Source of the DNA: Lachnospiraceae bacterium
GTDB taxonomy: Bacteria > Bacillota > Clostridia > Lachnospirales > Lachnospiraceae
Reading direction: 5' to 3'
DNA: 64,000 nt
Assembly (NCBI GenBank): GCA_015056925.1
Contig: SVFJ01000006.1
Location: forward strand, 3,253 to 67,252
Both the position numbers and the translations under genes were made by a program. The stretch's first letter is position 1; each line of letters starts with the position of its first letter. The notes under the pieces are model-generated. The model was not told where the DNA came from. It made no database searches and saw only the letters and a program-made list of their open reading frames with translations. Positions 1 through 8,911 of the stretch are shown here, one piece after another.

Positions 1-49
1 TGGAACAGACGCAGAGGCTTGCTCATTTGTAATTGAATAAGGATGATGT

Positions 50-81
50 AAAGAGACGGTGATAATTCACTGTCTCTTTTG
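50..81 (+). terminator. Rho-independent terminator of a gene ending upstream of or at the window start
   Basis: Inverted repeat aagagacggtg (51-61) / cactgtctctt (68-78, one G-U pair) followed by tttt. Confidence 0.5.
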
Positions 82-130
82 TGTCAAAGAGGAAAGAATT
101 GTATATAATATACAAATATTGTAAAGTGTG

Positions 131-163
131 TTGACAAATATATTTTAGAAGGTTTACTATAAT
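131..163 (+). promoter_or_regulatory. Sigma-A type promoter of the trp operon
   Basis: Consensus -35 TTGACA at 131-136. -10 is TACTAT at 155-160 (18-nt spacer), overlapping TATAAT at 158-163. Confidence 0.5.
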
Positions 164-164
164 C

Positions 165-460
165 AAAATTAAATACGAAACCGTTGAAGCGGAGATAACG
201 GTAATTATGCTTCTACAGAGAGCCCGTGTTGGTGAGAGTCGGGTGAAAAACAGGTTATCAAATGGACCGCTGAGGGCACAGTCAAATGCGCTGGCTACAG
301 TGCAAAGTATTCTGTGACGTGTTGGCATACGTCAGTTGCCGGGGATATGTAGGTATCCTGCTAAGTGTGCAGCGTCGTGGCTGTAAATCAAGGTGGCACC
401 GCGGATAGTGTTTTTATTCGTCCTTGACAGATTTTTTTATTCTGTCAGGGGCGTTTTTTT
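165..460 (+). promoter_or_regulatory. T-box riboswitch leader, tryptophan (UGG) specifier, with intrinsic terminator
   Basis: Stem I motifs AGAGAG (216-221) and GGTGAGAG (231-238). UGG followed by A at 263-266 lies in a specifier-like context. The T-box sequence aatcaaGGTGGCACCGCGg is at 386-404. The terminator is ccttgacaga (422-431) / tctgtcaggg (441-450) plus a T7 run (454-460), directly upstream of trpE. Confidence 0.8.
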
Positions 461-618
461 ATTTGTCAGATAAACTGACAAATAAAAAAGTAGATGCACA
501 CGCTGAAGAGAGGAAGATGTCGCATAAGCGACACTTCAGCGGTGCATGGAATTTCGCAAGCGAAATTCTATATAATTCCTTGGCAGAATACCTATTCACA
601 AGAAATGGAGGAGCAAGT

Positions 619-2085
619 ATGAAAATTTTACCAAGCATGGAAATTGTAAGAGAAATTGCAAAGACTGGACAGTACGACATACTTCCAGTGAGCTGTGAGA
701 TTCTGTCAGACATCTGCACACCAATTGAGGCAATGAAGATACTTAAGAACGTATCGACACATTGCTATATGTTAGAGTCAGTGGCAGAGAAGGAGAAATG
801 GGGACGATATACATTTCTTGGCTTTGAGCCTAAGCTGGAGATTACCTGTGTGGACGGAGAGATGAAGGCAGGAAATATAACAGTTCAGACAGATAATCCA
901 TCTAAGTACTTGCGTCAGATATTAGCAGATTATAAAAGTCCGCGATTTGAGTATTTACCATCCTTTACAGGCGGTCTGGTAGGGTATTTCTCCTACGATT
1001 ATCTGGGATATAAGGAGCCGACAGTAAAAACCAAGGGACAGGATACGGAAGCTTTTAAGGATGTAGATCTGATGCTTTTTGACAAGGTAATCGCCTTTGA
1101 TAATTTTAGACAGAAGATTATTCTGATAGCTAATATGTCATTAAAAGAGCCTGAGGTGGAATACAACAGGGCGGTGATGGAGCTTCAAAGAATGGCAGAA
1201 CTTCTAAAGAACGGAGAGAAGAAGGAGGAGCTAGGCGGACACCTGACAGGAGAGGTAACACCGCTGTTTGATGAAGCAGCCTATAGTACCATGGTGGAAA
1301 AGGCAAAGCATTATATCCATGAGGGCGATATCTTCCAAATTGTGTTGTCTAATTGTCTGAGTGCATCCTTCGAGGGAAGCCTGCTCAACCCCTATCGCTT
1401 CTTAAGAACCTTGAATCCCTCGCCGTATATGTTCTATTTCTCGGGAACGGACATAGAGGTAGCAGGTGCTTCTCCTGAGACCTTGGTAAAGTTGGAAAAT
1501 GGCGTGCTTCATACCTTCCCATTGGCAGGAACTAGACCACGCGGTAAGACGGAGGAAGAGGACTTAGCGTTAGAAACTGAGCTTTTAGCTGACACAAAGG
1601 AGCTGGCAGAACACAATATGCTGGTGGATTTGGGAAGAAATGACCTTGGAAAGATTAGCAGGTTTGGCAGTGTTCAGGTTGAGAAGCTGCACTCCATAGA
1701 GCGATATTCTCATGTGATGCATATCGGCTCTACCGTACGAGGAGAGATAAGAGAGGAATTTGATGCACTGGATGCCATTGAAGCCGTACTTCCCGCAGGA
1801 ACCTTATCAGGCGCACCAAAGCTTAGAGCCTGTCAGCTGATTGGGGAGCTGGAGAACAATAAGCGAGGCATTTACGGAGGGGCGATAGGTTACATAGATT
1901 TTACGGGAAATATGGACACCTGTATTGCAATCCGAATCGCATATAAGAAAAATGGCAAGGTATTTGTCAGAAGTGGCGCAGGAATTGTAGCAGATTCCGT
2001 ACCGAAGAAGGAATATGAGGAGTGCATCAATAAAGCAAAGGCAGTCGTAAATGCCTTGAAAATGGAAGAGGAGGCGGACTTATGA
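619..2085 (+). CDS. trpE: Anthranilate synthase component I
   Basis: The ORF track frame begins at 424, but that 5' part overlaps the T-box terminator. ATG 619 follows the GGAGGAG RBS (607-613) and gives about 488 aa. Chorismate-binding family motifs are present ([17 protein letters not shown]). An alternative ATG is at 517. Confidence 0.9.
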   Translation: MKILPSMEIVREIAKTGQYDILPVSCEILSDICTPIEAMKILKNVSTHCYMLESVAEKEKWGRYTFLGFEPKLEITCVDGEMKAGNITVQTDNPSKYLRQILADYKSPRFEYLPSFTGGLVGYFSYDYLGYKEPTVKTKGQDTEAFKDVDLMLFDKVIAFDNFRQKIILIANMSLKEPEVEYNRAVMELQRMAELLKNGEKKEELGGHLTGEVTPLFDEAAYSTMVEKAKHYIHEGDIFQIVLSNCLSASFEGSLLNPYRFLRTLNPSPYMFYFSGTDIEVAGASPETLVKLENGVLHTFPLAGTRPRGKTEEEDLALETELLADTKELAEHNMLVDLGRNDLGKISRFGSVQVEKLHSIERYSHVMHIGSTVRGEIREEFDALDAIEAVLPAGTLSGAPKLRACQLIGELENNKRGIYGGAIGYIDFTGNMDTCIAIRIAYKKNGKVFVRSGAGIVADSVPKKEYEECINKAKAVVNALKMEEEADL

Positions 2086-2651
2086 TTTTGTTAATAGATA
2101 ATTATGACAGCTTTTCCTATAACCTATATCAGTTAATCGGAGAAATCAATCCAGATATTAAGGTGATTCGAAATGATGAGCTGACAGTGGAAGAGATAAG
2201 AGCGTTGAAGCCCAAGCACATCATTTTATCGCCAGGACCAGGCAGAGCTGAGGATGCGGGAGTTATTGTTGAGGCGGCAGGAACACTTGGGAAGGAAATC
2301 CCAACCTTGGGGGTGTGTCTTGGGCATCAGGCAATCTGTCAGGCGTTTGGTGCAACGGTTACCTATGCAAGGGAGCTGATGCATGGAAAGCAGTCTAGGG
2401 TAACCTTTGATGAAAATTGTATCTTGTTCAAGGGATGTTCCAAGACAGCACCAGTTGCAAGGTATCACTCACTGGCGGCAGATAAGGACACGATACCTAA
2501 GGAGCTGCAGATTACCGCAGTAACAGAGGATGGAGAGGTCATGGCAATACAGCATAAGGAATATCCGATTTATGGAGTGCAGTTCCATCCAGAGTCCATT
2601 ATGACACCTGATGGAAAGACCATGTTAAGGAATTTTATAGAGCTTAGATAA
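2082..2651 (+). CDS. trpG: Anthranilate synthase component II (glutamine amidotransferase)
   Basis: Class I GATase motifs are present (LIDNYDSFSYNL, GVCLGHQ, FHPES). There is a 4-bp overlap with the trpE stop. Confidence 0.9.
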   Translation: MILLIDNYDSFSYNLYQLIGEINPDIKVIRNDELTVEEIRALKPKHIILSPGPGRAEDAGVIVEAAGTLGKEIPTLGVCLGHQAICQAFGATVTYARELMHGKQSRVTFDENCILFKGCSKTAPVARYHSLAADKDTIPKELQITAVTEDGEVMAIQHKEYPIYGVQFHPESIMTPDGKTMLRNFIELR

Positions 2652-2670
2652 GTGATAGGAGGCTATAAAG

Positions 2671-3693
2671 ATGATTAAGGAAGCAATTGTTAAAATCGTA
2701 AATAAAGAGGATTTGACCTATGATGAGGCATATACAGTCATGAATGAGATTATGAGTGGTGGAACATCTGCTACACAGAATGCAGCATTTCTTGCAGCAC
2801 TTTCAACAAAGAGTGCAAGAGCGGAGACAACGGATGAGATTGCAGGATGTGCGGCGGCAATGAGAGACCACGCAACAAAGGTAGAGACGGGAATGGAGAT
2901 ATTTGAAATTGTAGGCACAGGTGGAGATAACGCTCATAGCTTTAATATCTCTACCACCTCAGCACTGGTGGCGGCAGCAGGTGGTATGAAGGTGGCAAAG
3001 CATGGAAATCGTGCGGCATCCTCACAGTGTGGAACAGCAGATTGCTTGGAGGCATTAGGAGTCAATATACAGCAAAGTCCTGAAAAATGCGTAAAGCTTT
3101 TGAAGGAGGTCGGAATGTGCTTTTTCTTTGCCCAGAAGTATCATACTTCCATGAAATATGTGGGAGCTATCCGCAAGGAGCTTGGCTTTAGAACGGTATT
3201 CAATATCTTAGGACCTCTTACGAATCCGGGAACTCCTAAGATGCAGTTACTCGGCGTATATGATGAATATCTGGTAGAGCCATTGGCACAGGTATTGATG
3301 AATCTAGGTGTTAAGCGGGGAATGGTAGTATATGGACAGGATAAGCTGGATGAGATTTCTATGAGTGCACCTACTACCGTGTGTGAGTTCAGAGACGGAT
3401 GGTTTAAAACCTATGAGATTACACCTGAGGACTTTGGCTTTGCGCGTTGTACAAAGGCTGATTTAATAGGAGGTACTCCTGAGGAAAACGCCAAGATTAC
3501 GCTTGCTGTCTTAAAGGGTGAAAAGGGGCACAAGAGAAATGCAGTGCTAATGAATGCGGGAGCGGCATTCTATATTGGCGGTAGGACTGAGTCCATGAAG
3601 GAAGGTGTTGCATTGGCGGCAGAGCTGATTGATTCGGGTAAGGCATTAGAAACTTTAGAAAAGCTAATAAAGCTTAGTAATCTTGATAATTAG
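2671..3693 (+). CDS. trpD: Anthranilate phosphoribosyltransferase
   Basis: GTGGD motif ([17 protein letters not shown]), KHGNRA, and operon context. Confidence 0.9.
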   Translation: MIKEAIVKIVNKEDLTYDEAYTVMNEIMSGGTSATQNAAFLAALSTKSARAETTDEIAGCAAAMRDHATKVETGMEIFEIVGTGGDNAHSFNISTTSALVAAAGGMKVAKHGNRAASSQCGTADCLEALGVNIQQSPEKCVKLLKEVGMCFFFAQKYHTSMKYVGAIRKELGFRTVFNILGPLTNPGTPKMQLLGVYDEYLVEPLAQVLMNLGVKRGMVVYGQDKLDEISMSAPTTVCEFRDGWFKTYEITPEDFGFARCTKADLIGGTPEENAKITLAVLKGEKGHKRNAVLMNAGAAFYIGGRTESMKEGVALAAELIDSGKALETLEKLIKLSNLDN

Positions 3694-3719
3694 TGGTTCA
3701 TGAGCTTGGGGAGGAATAT

Positions 3720-4523
3720 ATGATGACAATATTGGATGAGATTGCTGAATATGCGCGCCTTCGTGTGGAGCAGGCAAAGAAAACAGAACCGTTATTGGAA
3801 GTAAAGGCAAAGGCTTTGGCGCTTCCAAAATCAGACTTTGGCTTTGAGAATGTATTAAAGAAACCGGGAATATCTTTTATTTGCGAATGTAAGAAGGCGT
3901 CACCGTCAAAAGGACTGATAGCACCTGACTTTCCATATCTTGAGATTGCCAAGGAGTACGAACAGGCGGGGGCTGACTGTATATCTGTGTTGACAGAGCC
4001 TAAGTGGTTCTTAGGAAGCGATGCGTATTTAAAGGAAATTGCAAAGGAAGTAAAAGCTCCATGTATTCGTAAGGATTTTGTAGTGGATGAATATATGATA
4101 TATGAAGCAAAGCTTTTAGGAGCACAGGCAGTGTTATTGATTTGCGCGATTTCGTCCGAGAAGCAGATACGAGAGTATATTCAAATCTGTGATTCGCTTG
4201 GTATTTCTGCTTTGGTGGAGACGCATAGTGAGGATGAGGTAGAGATGGCAGTTAAGGCAGGGGCAAGGATGATTGGCGTGAATAATCGTAATCTGAAGGA
4301 TTTTACAGTGGATACGGAGAATAGCCGTCGTTTAAGAGCGCTGGTGCCAAAGGATATTCTCTTTATTTCAGAAAGCGGTGTTAGGACAACAGAGGATATT
4401 GTAAAGCTTCGTGAAATGGGTGTAGATGCAGTTTTGATAGGAGAAACACTAATGAGGGCAGGAGATAAGAAGGCGAAGCTTAATCAATTACGAGGCTGGA
4501 AGTATCACAGCAGGAAATTATGA
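3720..4523 (+). CDS. trpC: Indole-3-glycerol-phosphate synthase
   Basis: ECKKASPSKG motif and TIM-barrel IGPS pattern. Start chosen at ATG 3720 after GGGGAGG (3708-3714); the track ORF begins at 3693. Confidence 0.85.
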   Translation: MMTILDEIAEYARLRVEQAKKTEPLLEVKAKALALPKSDFGFENVLKKPGISFICECKKASPSKGLIAPDFPYLEIAKEYEQAGADCISVLTEPKWFLGSDAYLKEIAKEVKAPCIRKDFVVDEYMIYEAKLLGAQAVLLICAISSEKQIREYIQICDSLGISALVETHSEDEVEMAVKAGARMIGVNNRNLKDFTVDTENSRRLRALVPKDILFISESGVRTTEDIVKLREMGVDAVLIGETLMRAGDKKAKLNQLRGWKYHSRKL

Positions 4524-4563
4524 GAATGGAAGATTGGCAGATTTTTGAAAGGCAGGGATTGAT

Positions 4564-5160
4564 GTGACGAGAATAAAGCTATGTGGTCTAAGAAGGAAGT
4601 GTGATATAGAATATGCCAATGCAATACTGCCTGAATATATAGGATTTGTATTTGCCCCAAAGAGTAAGCGATACGTTTCCTATGAAGAGGCAAAGACTTT
4701 AAGCGGTTTGTTGGATAAACGGATTATGATAGTGGGCGTATTCGTAGATGAAGATATGGAGTTGATTGCATCGCTGGTGCAGGAAGGTGTGATTGATATG
4801 GTGCAGCTGCATGGAAATGAGGATGAGGCTTATATCCAATCACTTCGAAAATGGATAGACTGTCCGATTATTCAGGCATTTCGCATAACGGGCAATGAGG
4901 ATATCGATGCTGTACGGGCGTCAAGGGCAGATTATGTGTTGGTGGATTCGGGTGGCGGCTCAGGTGAGTGCTTTGACTGGTCGTTGATTTGCAAGCTGGA
5001 TAGAACTTATTTTCTGGCGGGGGGACTTACTGCTGAAAATGTGCAGGAGGCGATAGAAAGCTTGCAGCCCTTTGCAGTAGATGTCAGTTCGGCGTTGGAG
5101 ACAGAGGGATATAAGGATATCGTAAAGATGAAACGTTTTGTAGAGGCGGTTAGAGGTTAA
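4564..5160 (+). CDS. trpF: Phosphoribosylanthranilate isomerase
   Basis: IKLCGL N-terminus, VQLHG, and a C-terminal DVSSALE pattern typical of PRAI. GTG start as in the ORF track. Confidence 0.85.
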   Translation: MTRIKLCGLRRKCDIEYANAILPEYIGFVFAPKSKRYVSYEEAKTLSGLLDKRIMIVGVFVDEDMELIASLVQEGVIDMVQLHGNEDEAYIQSLRKWIDCPIIQAFRITGNEDIDAVRASRADYVLVDSGGGSGECFDWSLICKLDRTYFLAGGLTAENVQEAIESLQPFAVDVSSALETEGYKDIVKMKRFVEAVRG

Positions 5161-5195
5161 TGTGATGATAAGAATAGAGTTAGAGGAGAATGATT

Positions 5196-5984
5196 ATGAG
5201 TAAGATTAGAGAAGCATTTGTAAATGGAAAGGCATTTATTCCTTTTATAACCTGTGGTGACCCTGACTTGGAAACGACAGAGAAGCTGGTATATGCAGCG
5301 GTAGAAAACGGAGCGGACTTGATAGAGCTTGGAATTCCCTTTTCTGACCCGATAGCAGAGGGACCTGTTATCCAAAGAGCGGATATTAGAGCGCTTGAGA
5401 GTGGAACGACAACGGATAAGATATTTGATTTGGTTCGGAAGCTAAGAATGACAGTCGCTATTCCTTTGGCTTTTATGACCTATGCAAATGTAGTATTTTC
5501 CTATGGTTCAGAGAAATTTATTTCCAGCTGTAAGGAGATAGGAATTGATGGCTTGATTATTCCTGATATTCCGTTTGAGGAAAGAGAGGAGTTTCTACCG
5601 ATTTGCAGACGGTACGGTGTAGCTTTGATTTCCTTGATTGCACCAACCTCAAAGCAGCGTATTGCTACCATTGCTAAGGAAGCAGAGGGCTTTATATATA
5701 TCGTATCTAGCCTTGGCGTGACAGGAACAAGAAAAGAGATTGCTACGGATTTACAGGCGATTGTAGATGTGGTTCGGGAGAATACCGATGTGCCATGTGC
5801 AATTGGTTTTGGTATTTCGACACCAGAGCAGGCAGGTCAGATGGCAGCCTGTGCAGATGGTGTGATTGTTGGTTCTGCGATTATTCAGATTATGGAGCAG
5901 TACGGAAGAGAGGCGGCAGGACCTGTGGGGGAGTATGTAAAGTGCATGAAGGAAGCATGCACAGCATTTGAAGCTCATAAGTGA
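5196..5984 (+). CDS. trpA: Tryptophan synthase alpha chain (stand-alone here; no trpB adjacent)
   Basis: IELGIPFSDPIAEGP, GFIYIVS and GFGIS motifs. RBS gaggag at 5183-5188 sits 7 nt before ATG 5196; the track start 5190 is too close to the RBS. Confidence 0.85.
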   Translation: MSKIREAFVNGKAFIPFITCGDPDLETTEKLVYAAVENGADLIELGIPFSDPIAEGPVIQRADIRALESGTTTDKIFDLVRKLRMTVAIPLAFMTYANVVFSYGSEKFISSCKEIGIDGLIIPDIPFEEREEFLPICRRYGVALISLIAPTSKQRIATIAKEAEGFIYIVSSLGVTGTRKEIATDLQAIVDVVRENTDVPCAIGFGISTPEQAGQMAACADGVIVGSAIIQIMEQYGREAAGPVGEYVKCMKEACTAFEAHK

Positions 5985-6045
5985 TTGCGTTTTGGGTGTA
6001 GCAAGAAGAGAAGGAAAGAGGTAATATATGGAATGGTATTTTTAC

Positions 6046-6087
6046 CGCCCCGGTGGATTGAGATATCCAACGGGGCGTGTTTTGTTT
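6046..6087 (+). terminator. Rho-independent terminator after trpA
   Basis: GC-rich stem cgccccg(g)tggat / atcca(a)cggggcg (6046-6077) followed by tgttttgttt. Confidence 0.55.
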
Positions 6088-6093
6088 ACTGGT

Positions 6094-7818
6094 CTATGAC
6101 TGTGCTCTTAACATACGTGCGTAGAGACCGTTCTGCTCTATAAGCTGTGCGTGAGTTCCCTGTTCCTTGATTTCACCTTCATGAATTACTAAAATCATGT
6201 CGGCATTCTTAATCGTAGATAGTCTGTGTGCAATCGCAATAATGGTACGCTTTCCAGCCATGTTATTGATTGCGTTCTGAATCTGTTTCTCTGTTTCTAC
6301 ATCAACTGAGGCTGTCGCTTCATCCAGGATAATGATAGGAGATTGACGTAGGATTGCTCTTGCAATGGCAATACGCTGTTTTTGACCGCCTGAGAGTCGA
6401 AGTCCTCGCTCGCCAACTTGTGTTTCATATTCCTCGGGCATATGAAGAATGTCCTCATGTATGTTTGCTGCTTTGGCAGCAGCGATAATCTCTTCTCTGG
6501 TAGCTTCTGGCTTGGCATAGCCGATATTTTCTGCAATAGAACCATTAAAGAGAAAAGTATCCTGTAATACGGGCGAAATGTTTTGGCGAAGACTTTCGAG
6601 TGTCACGTCTTTTAGATTGTTGCCATCCACAAGAATTTGTCCTTGTACCGGATCGTAAAATCTGGAAATTAACTGGGTTATAGTAGTTTTGCCAACACCA
6701 GTTGGTCCAACAAGAGCAACCATCATTCCCGGCTTGCAGGTAAAGGAAATATTCTTTAAAACAGGAACCTGATTGCTATAGTGGAAGGAAACATTATCAA
6801 AGGTTATTTCACCGTTTACTTGTTCTAAGGCTTTAGCATCTGCTTTATTCTCTATAGCAGAAGGTGTATCCAAAATCAGAGTGACACGTTCGGCACCGGC
6901 TAATGATTGCTGGAGATTCTCAAGCCAGCTTGCAAGACCGGAGATTGGTGCATAAAACAATGAAAGATATAATACAAAAGCAACAATATCTTCTACGGAT
7001 AATTGTCCAAGATAGGCAAGATATCCACCAACAGCAACGACTAATACAGTACCGATGGAGGAGATGAATTCCACACTTGGGTGGAACAGGGCACTTGCTT
7101 TTAGCGCACGAAGCATGGCGCGAACCTGTTCAAAGTTGCTTGCACTTACAAGCTGTGCTTCTTGGGTCTCCTGACCAAAGGATTGAATCTCATGAAGACC
7201 TGAAAGATTATCCTGTAGTTTGGCATTTAATTGTCCCATGCATTTTTGAGAAGCTTTAAAAAATGGTCGTACTTTTTTGGCAAAAATTACACCTGAAATC
7301 AGAATTAAAGGAATCGGAAAGCAGGTAATGAGTGCTAATTTCCAATTGATGACTAACAGAATAGTAAGAACACCGCCGAAGGTCATGATATTGGTGATCA
7401 TGTCAGGAATCATATGCGCATACAAAAGCTCAAAGTCTCGAGTGTCATTTACAACCCGGCTCATCAAATCACCGGTTTGTTTATCGTGGAAAAAGCCTAA
7501 ATCGAGGCTCTGCAATTTGTGATACATTCTGTCACGAAGGTCACCCACTAAATACCATGCTGCCTTATGTGCAAGATAGTTGCTTAAGAATCGGAATACA
7601 ATACGCAGCATATAGAGAATCAAAAGTAAGAGAGCAAGATTGCCGATTTGCTGAAGCGTCTCATCGTTCAGTCCACTTCCGACAATTCCTGTCATGGTTG
7701 ATAGGACCTTGGGTGCTGCAAGGTTAACTCCGGTTAAGAGTAATGTCGAGAGAATGGCAATAATATAAAGCCCTTTGTAACGAGAGGCTTCTTTTGTAAG
7801 TTTCCATAGCATTTTCAT
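6094..7818 (-). CDS. ABC transporter, fused permease/ATP-binding protein (MsbA/multidrug exporter type)
   Basis: Six-TM N-terminal half. Walker A GPTGVGKTT, signature LSGGQKQR, Walker B ILDEATS. Confidence 0.85.
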   Translation of the reverse strand: MKMLWKLTKEASRYKGLYIIAILSTLLLTGVNLAAPKVLSTMTGIVGSGLNDETLQQIGNLALLLLILYMLRIVFRFLSNYLAHKAAWYLVGDLRDRMYHKLQSLDLGFFHDKQTGDLMSRVVNDTRDFELLYAHMIPDMITNIMTFGGVLTILLVINWKLALITCFPIPLILISGVIFAKKVRPFFKASQKCMGQLNAKLQDNLSGLHEIQSFGQETQEAQLVSASNFEQVRAMLRALKASALFHPSVEFISSIGTVLVVAVGGYLAYLGQLSVEDIVAFVLYLSLFYAPISGLASWLENLQQSLAGAERVTLILDTPSAIENKADAKALEQVNGEITFDNVSFHYSNQVPVLKNISFTCKPGMMVALVGPTGVGKTTITQLISRFYDPVQGQILVDGNNLKDVTLESLRQNISPVLQDTFLFNGSIAENIGYAKPEATREEIIAAAKAANIHEDILHMPEEYETQVGERGLRLSGGQKQRIAIARAILRQSPIIILDEATASVDVETEKQIQNAINNMAGKRTIIAIAHRLSTIKNADMILVIHEGEIKEQGTHAQLIEQNGLYARMLRAQS

Positions 7819-7903
7819 TGTGGTATTTCCTTCCGTATTGTTTAGTAGTATGGTTTAACATAATCATATCATGCAAAAAGATGTAATACAATATCGCTTC
7901 CTT

Positions 7904-8791
7904 TTAATCAAACTCATGCTCCATGACATATTGGATAAATGCATGGAAGGGTTTGGAAATCCATTTATTACGGTGATAAATAAGCTGCTTCCAAATATCA
8001 ATTTCAAAATCTCTAATGCCAAGATGGACAAGTGTGCCTTCATCAACCTTTTTTTGGGTAACGAAGTCAGGAAGGAAGGAGATTCCTACGCCATTTTCCA
8101 ATGAGGTTGTGATAAGGTCAGTTCTGCCGATTTCCATGACGGGTTGTATATCTAAGGACATACTGGCAAGTGTTTCATCAAAAACACGTCGATACCCCAT
8201 CTTTTTCTCAGTAAGAATAAATGGGTAATCAATAATATCCTTTACAGAAAGATTTTTCACGCCTGCAAGAGGAGAAGCGGCACTTGTTACAAAATGAGTA
8301 GAGATACGTTCCTCCTTGGCGATGATATAGTCCGGTTGATATACATGGCTGTCTAATGTGAAAATGACATCGGCCTCATTATGATTCAGGATACGGAACA
8401 TATCGTCCGTATCGGCGGTTGAGAATTTAAGGGCTATCTTGGGATAATGCTTATAAAAATCAGGATAGTTCTGCGTCAGCATCATTTCACAGATGGAGTC
8501 AGGTGTAACAATATGAATATGCCCTGATAACTCATCGGAGTTACTTAGATTTTGCTTGAATTCCTCTGTAATATGGCTGATTTGTTGGGCGTAGGCAAGT
8601 ACCTCACGTCCTTTTTCAGTTAGGCTGATGGTATGATTAATACGCTCAAACAGCATGCAATCAAGCTCTGTTTCAAGCTGCTTGATTTGAAAGGAAATGG
8701 TTGATTGCGAGTAACCAAGCACCTGAGCTGCTTTGGTAAAACTGTTTAATTCCGCGACATGAACAAATGTAACTAGATTTCGAATTTCCAT
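7904..8791 (-). CDS. LysR-family transcriptional regulator
   Basis: N-terminal wHTH (FVHVAELNSFTKAAQVLGYSQSTISFQIKQLE) plus a LysR substrate-binding domain of typical length. Divergent from the lyase gene at 8912. Confidence 0.85.
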   Translation of the reverse strand: MEIRNLVTFVHVAELNSFTKAAQVLGYSQSTISFQIKQLETELDCMLFERINHTISLTEKGREVLAYAQQISHITEEFKQNLSNSDELSGHIHIVTPDSICEMMLTQNYPDFYKHYPKIALKFSTADTDDMFRILNHNEADVIFTLDSHVYQPDYIIAKEERISTHFVTSAASPLAGVKNLSVKDIIDYPFILTEKKMGYRRVFDETLASMSLDIQPVMEIGRTDLITTSLENGVGISFLPDFVTQKKVDEGTLVHLGIRDFEIDIWKQLIYHRNKWISKPFHAFIQYVMEHEFD

Positions 8792-8815
8792 TATTGTACC
8801 TCTACATCGAATTTT

Positions 8816-8832
8816 TAGATGACCTATATCTA
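8816..8832. promoter_or_regulatory. Candidate LysR box (T-N11-A type dyad) in the divergent intergenic region
   Basis: TAGAT-gacctat-ATCTA dyad between the LysR gene start (8791) and the lyase gene start (8912). Confidence 0.3.
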
Positions 8833-8911
8833 AACCATCTATTTTATTAATTTTCGGTAATATTGTATACTAAACCATGTTAAAAAGCAATTTTTTTTGG
8901 GAGGATTTATA

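Noticed and set aside
23-328. 101-aa minus-strand ORF at the window start
   Set aside because: It lies antisense across the trp promoter and T-box leader. It has no RBS, and the region is fully explained by the riboswitch.
462-483. Second small hairpin ttgtcag-ataaa-ctgacaa right after the T-box terminator
   Set aside because: The stem is short and AT-rich with no T-run. It probably reflects the repeated tgacag element of the terminator/antiterminator rather than a separate feature.
424-618. 5' extension of the trpE ORF (track start 424)
   Set aside because: It begins inside the T-box terminator hairpin. A strong GGAGGAG RBS precedes ATG 619, which gives a canonical-length TrpE. ATG 517 remains a minor alternative.
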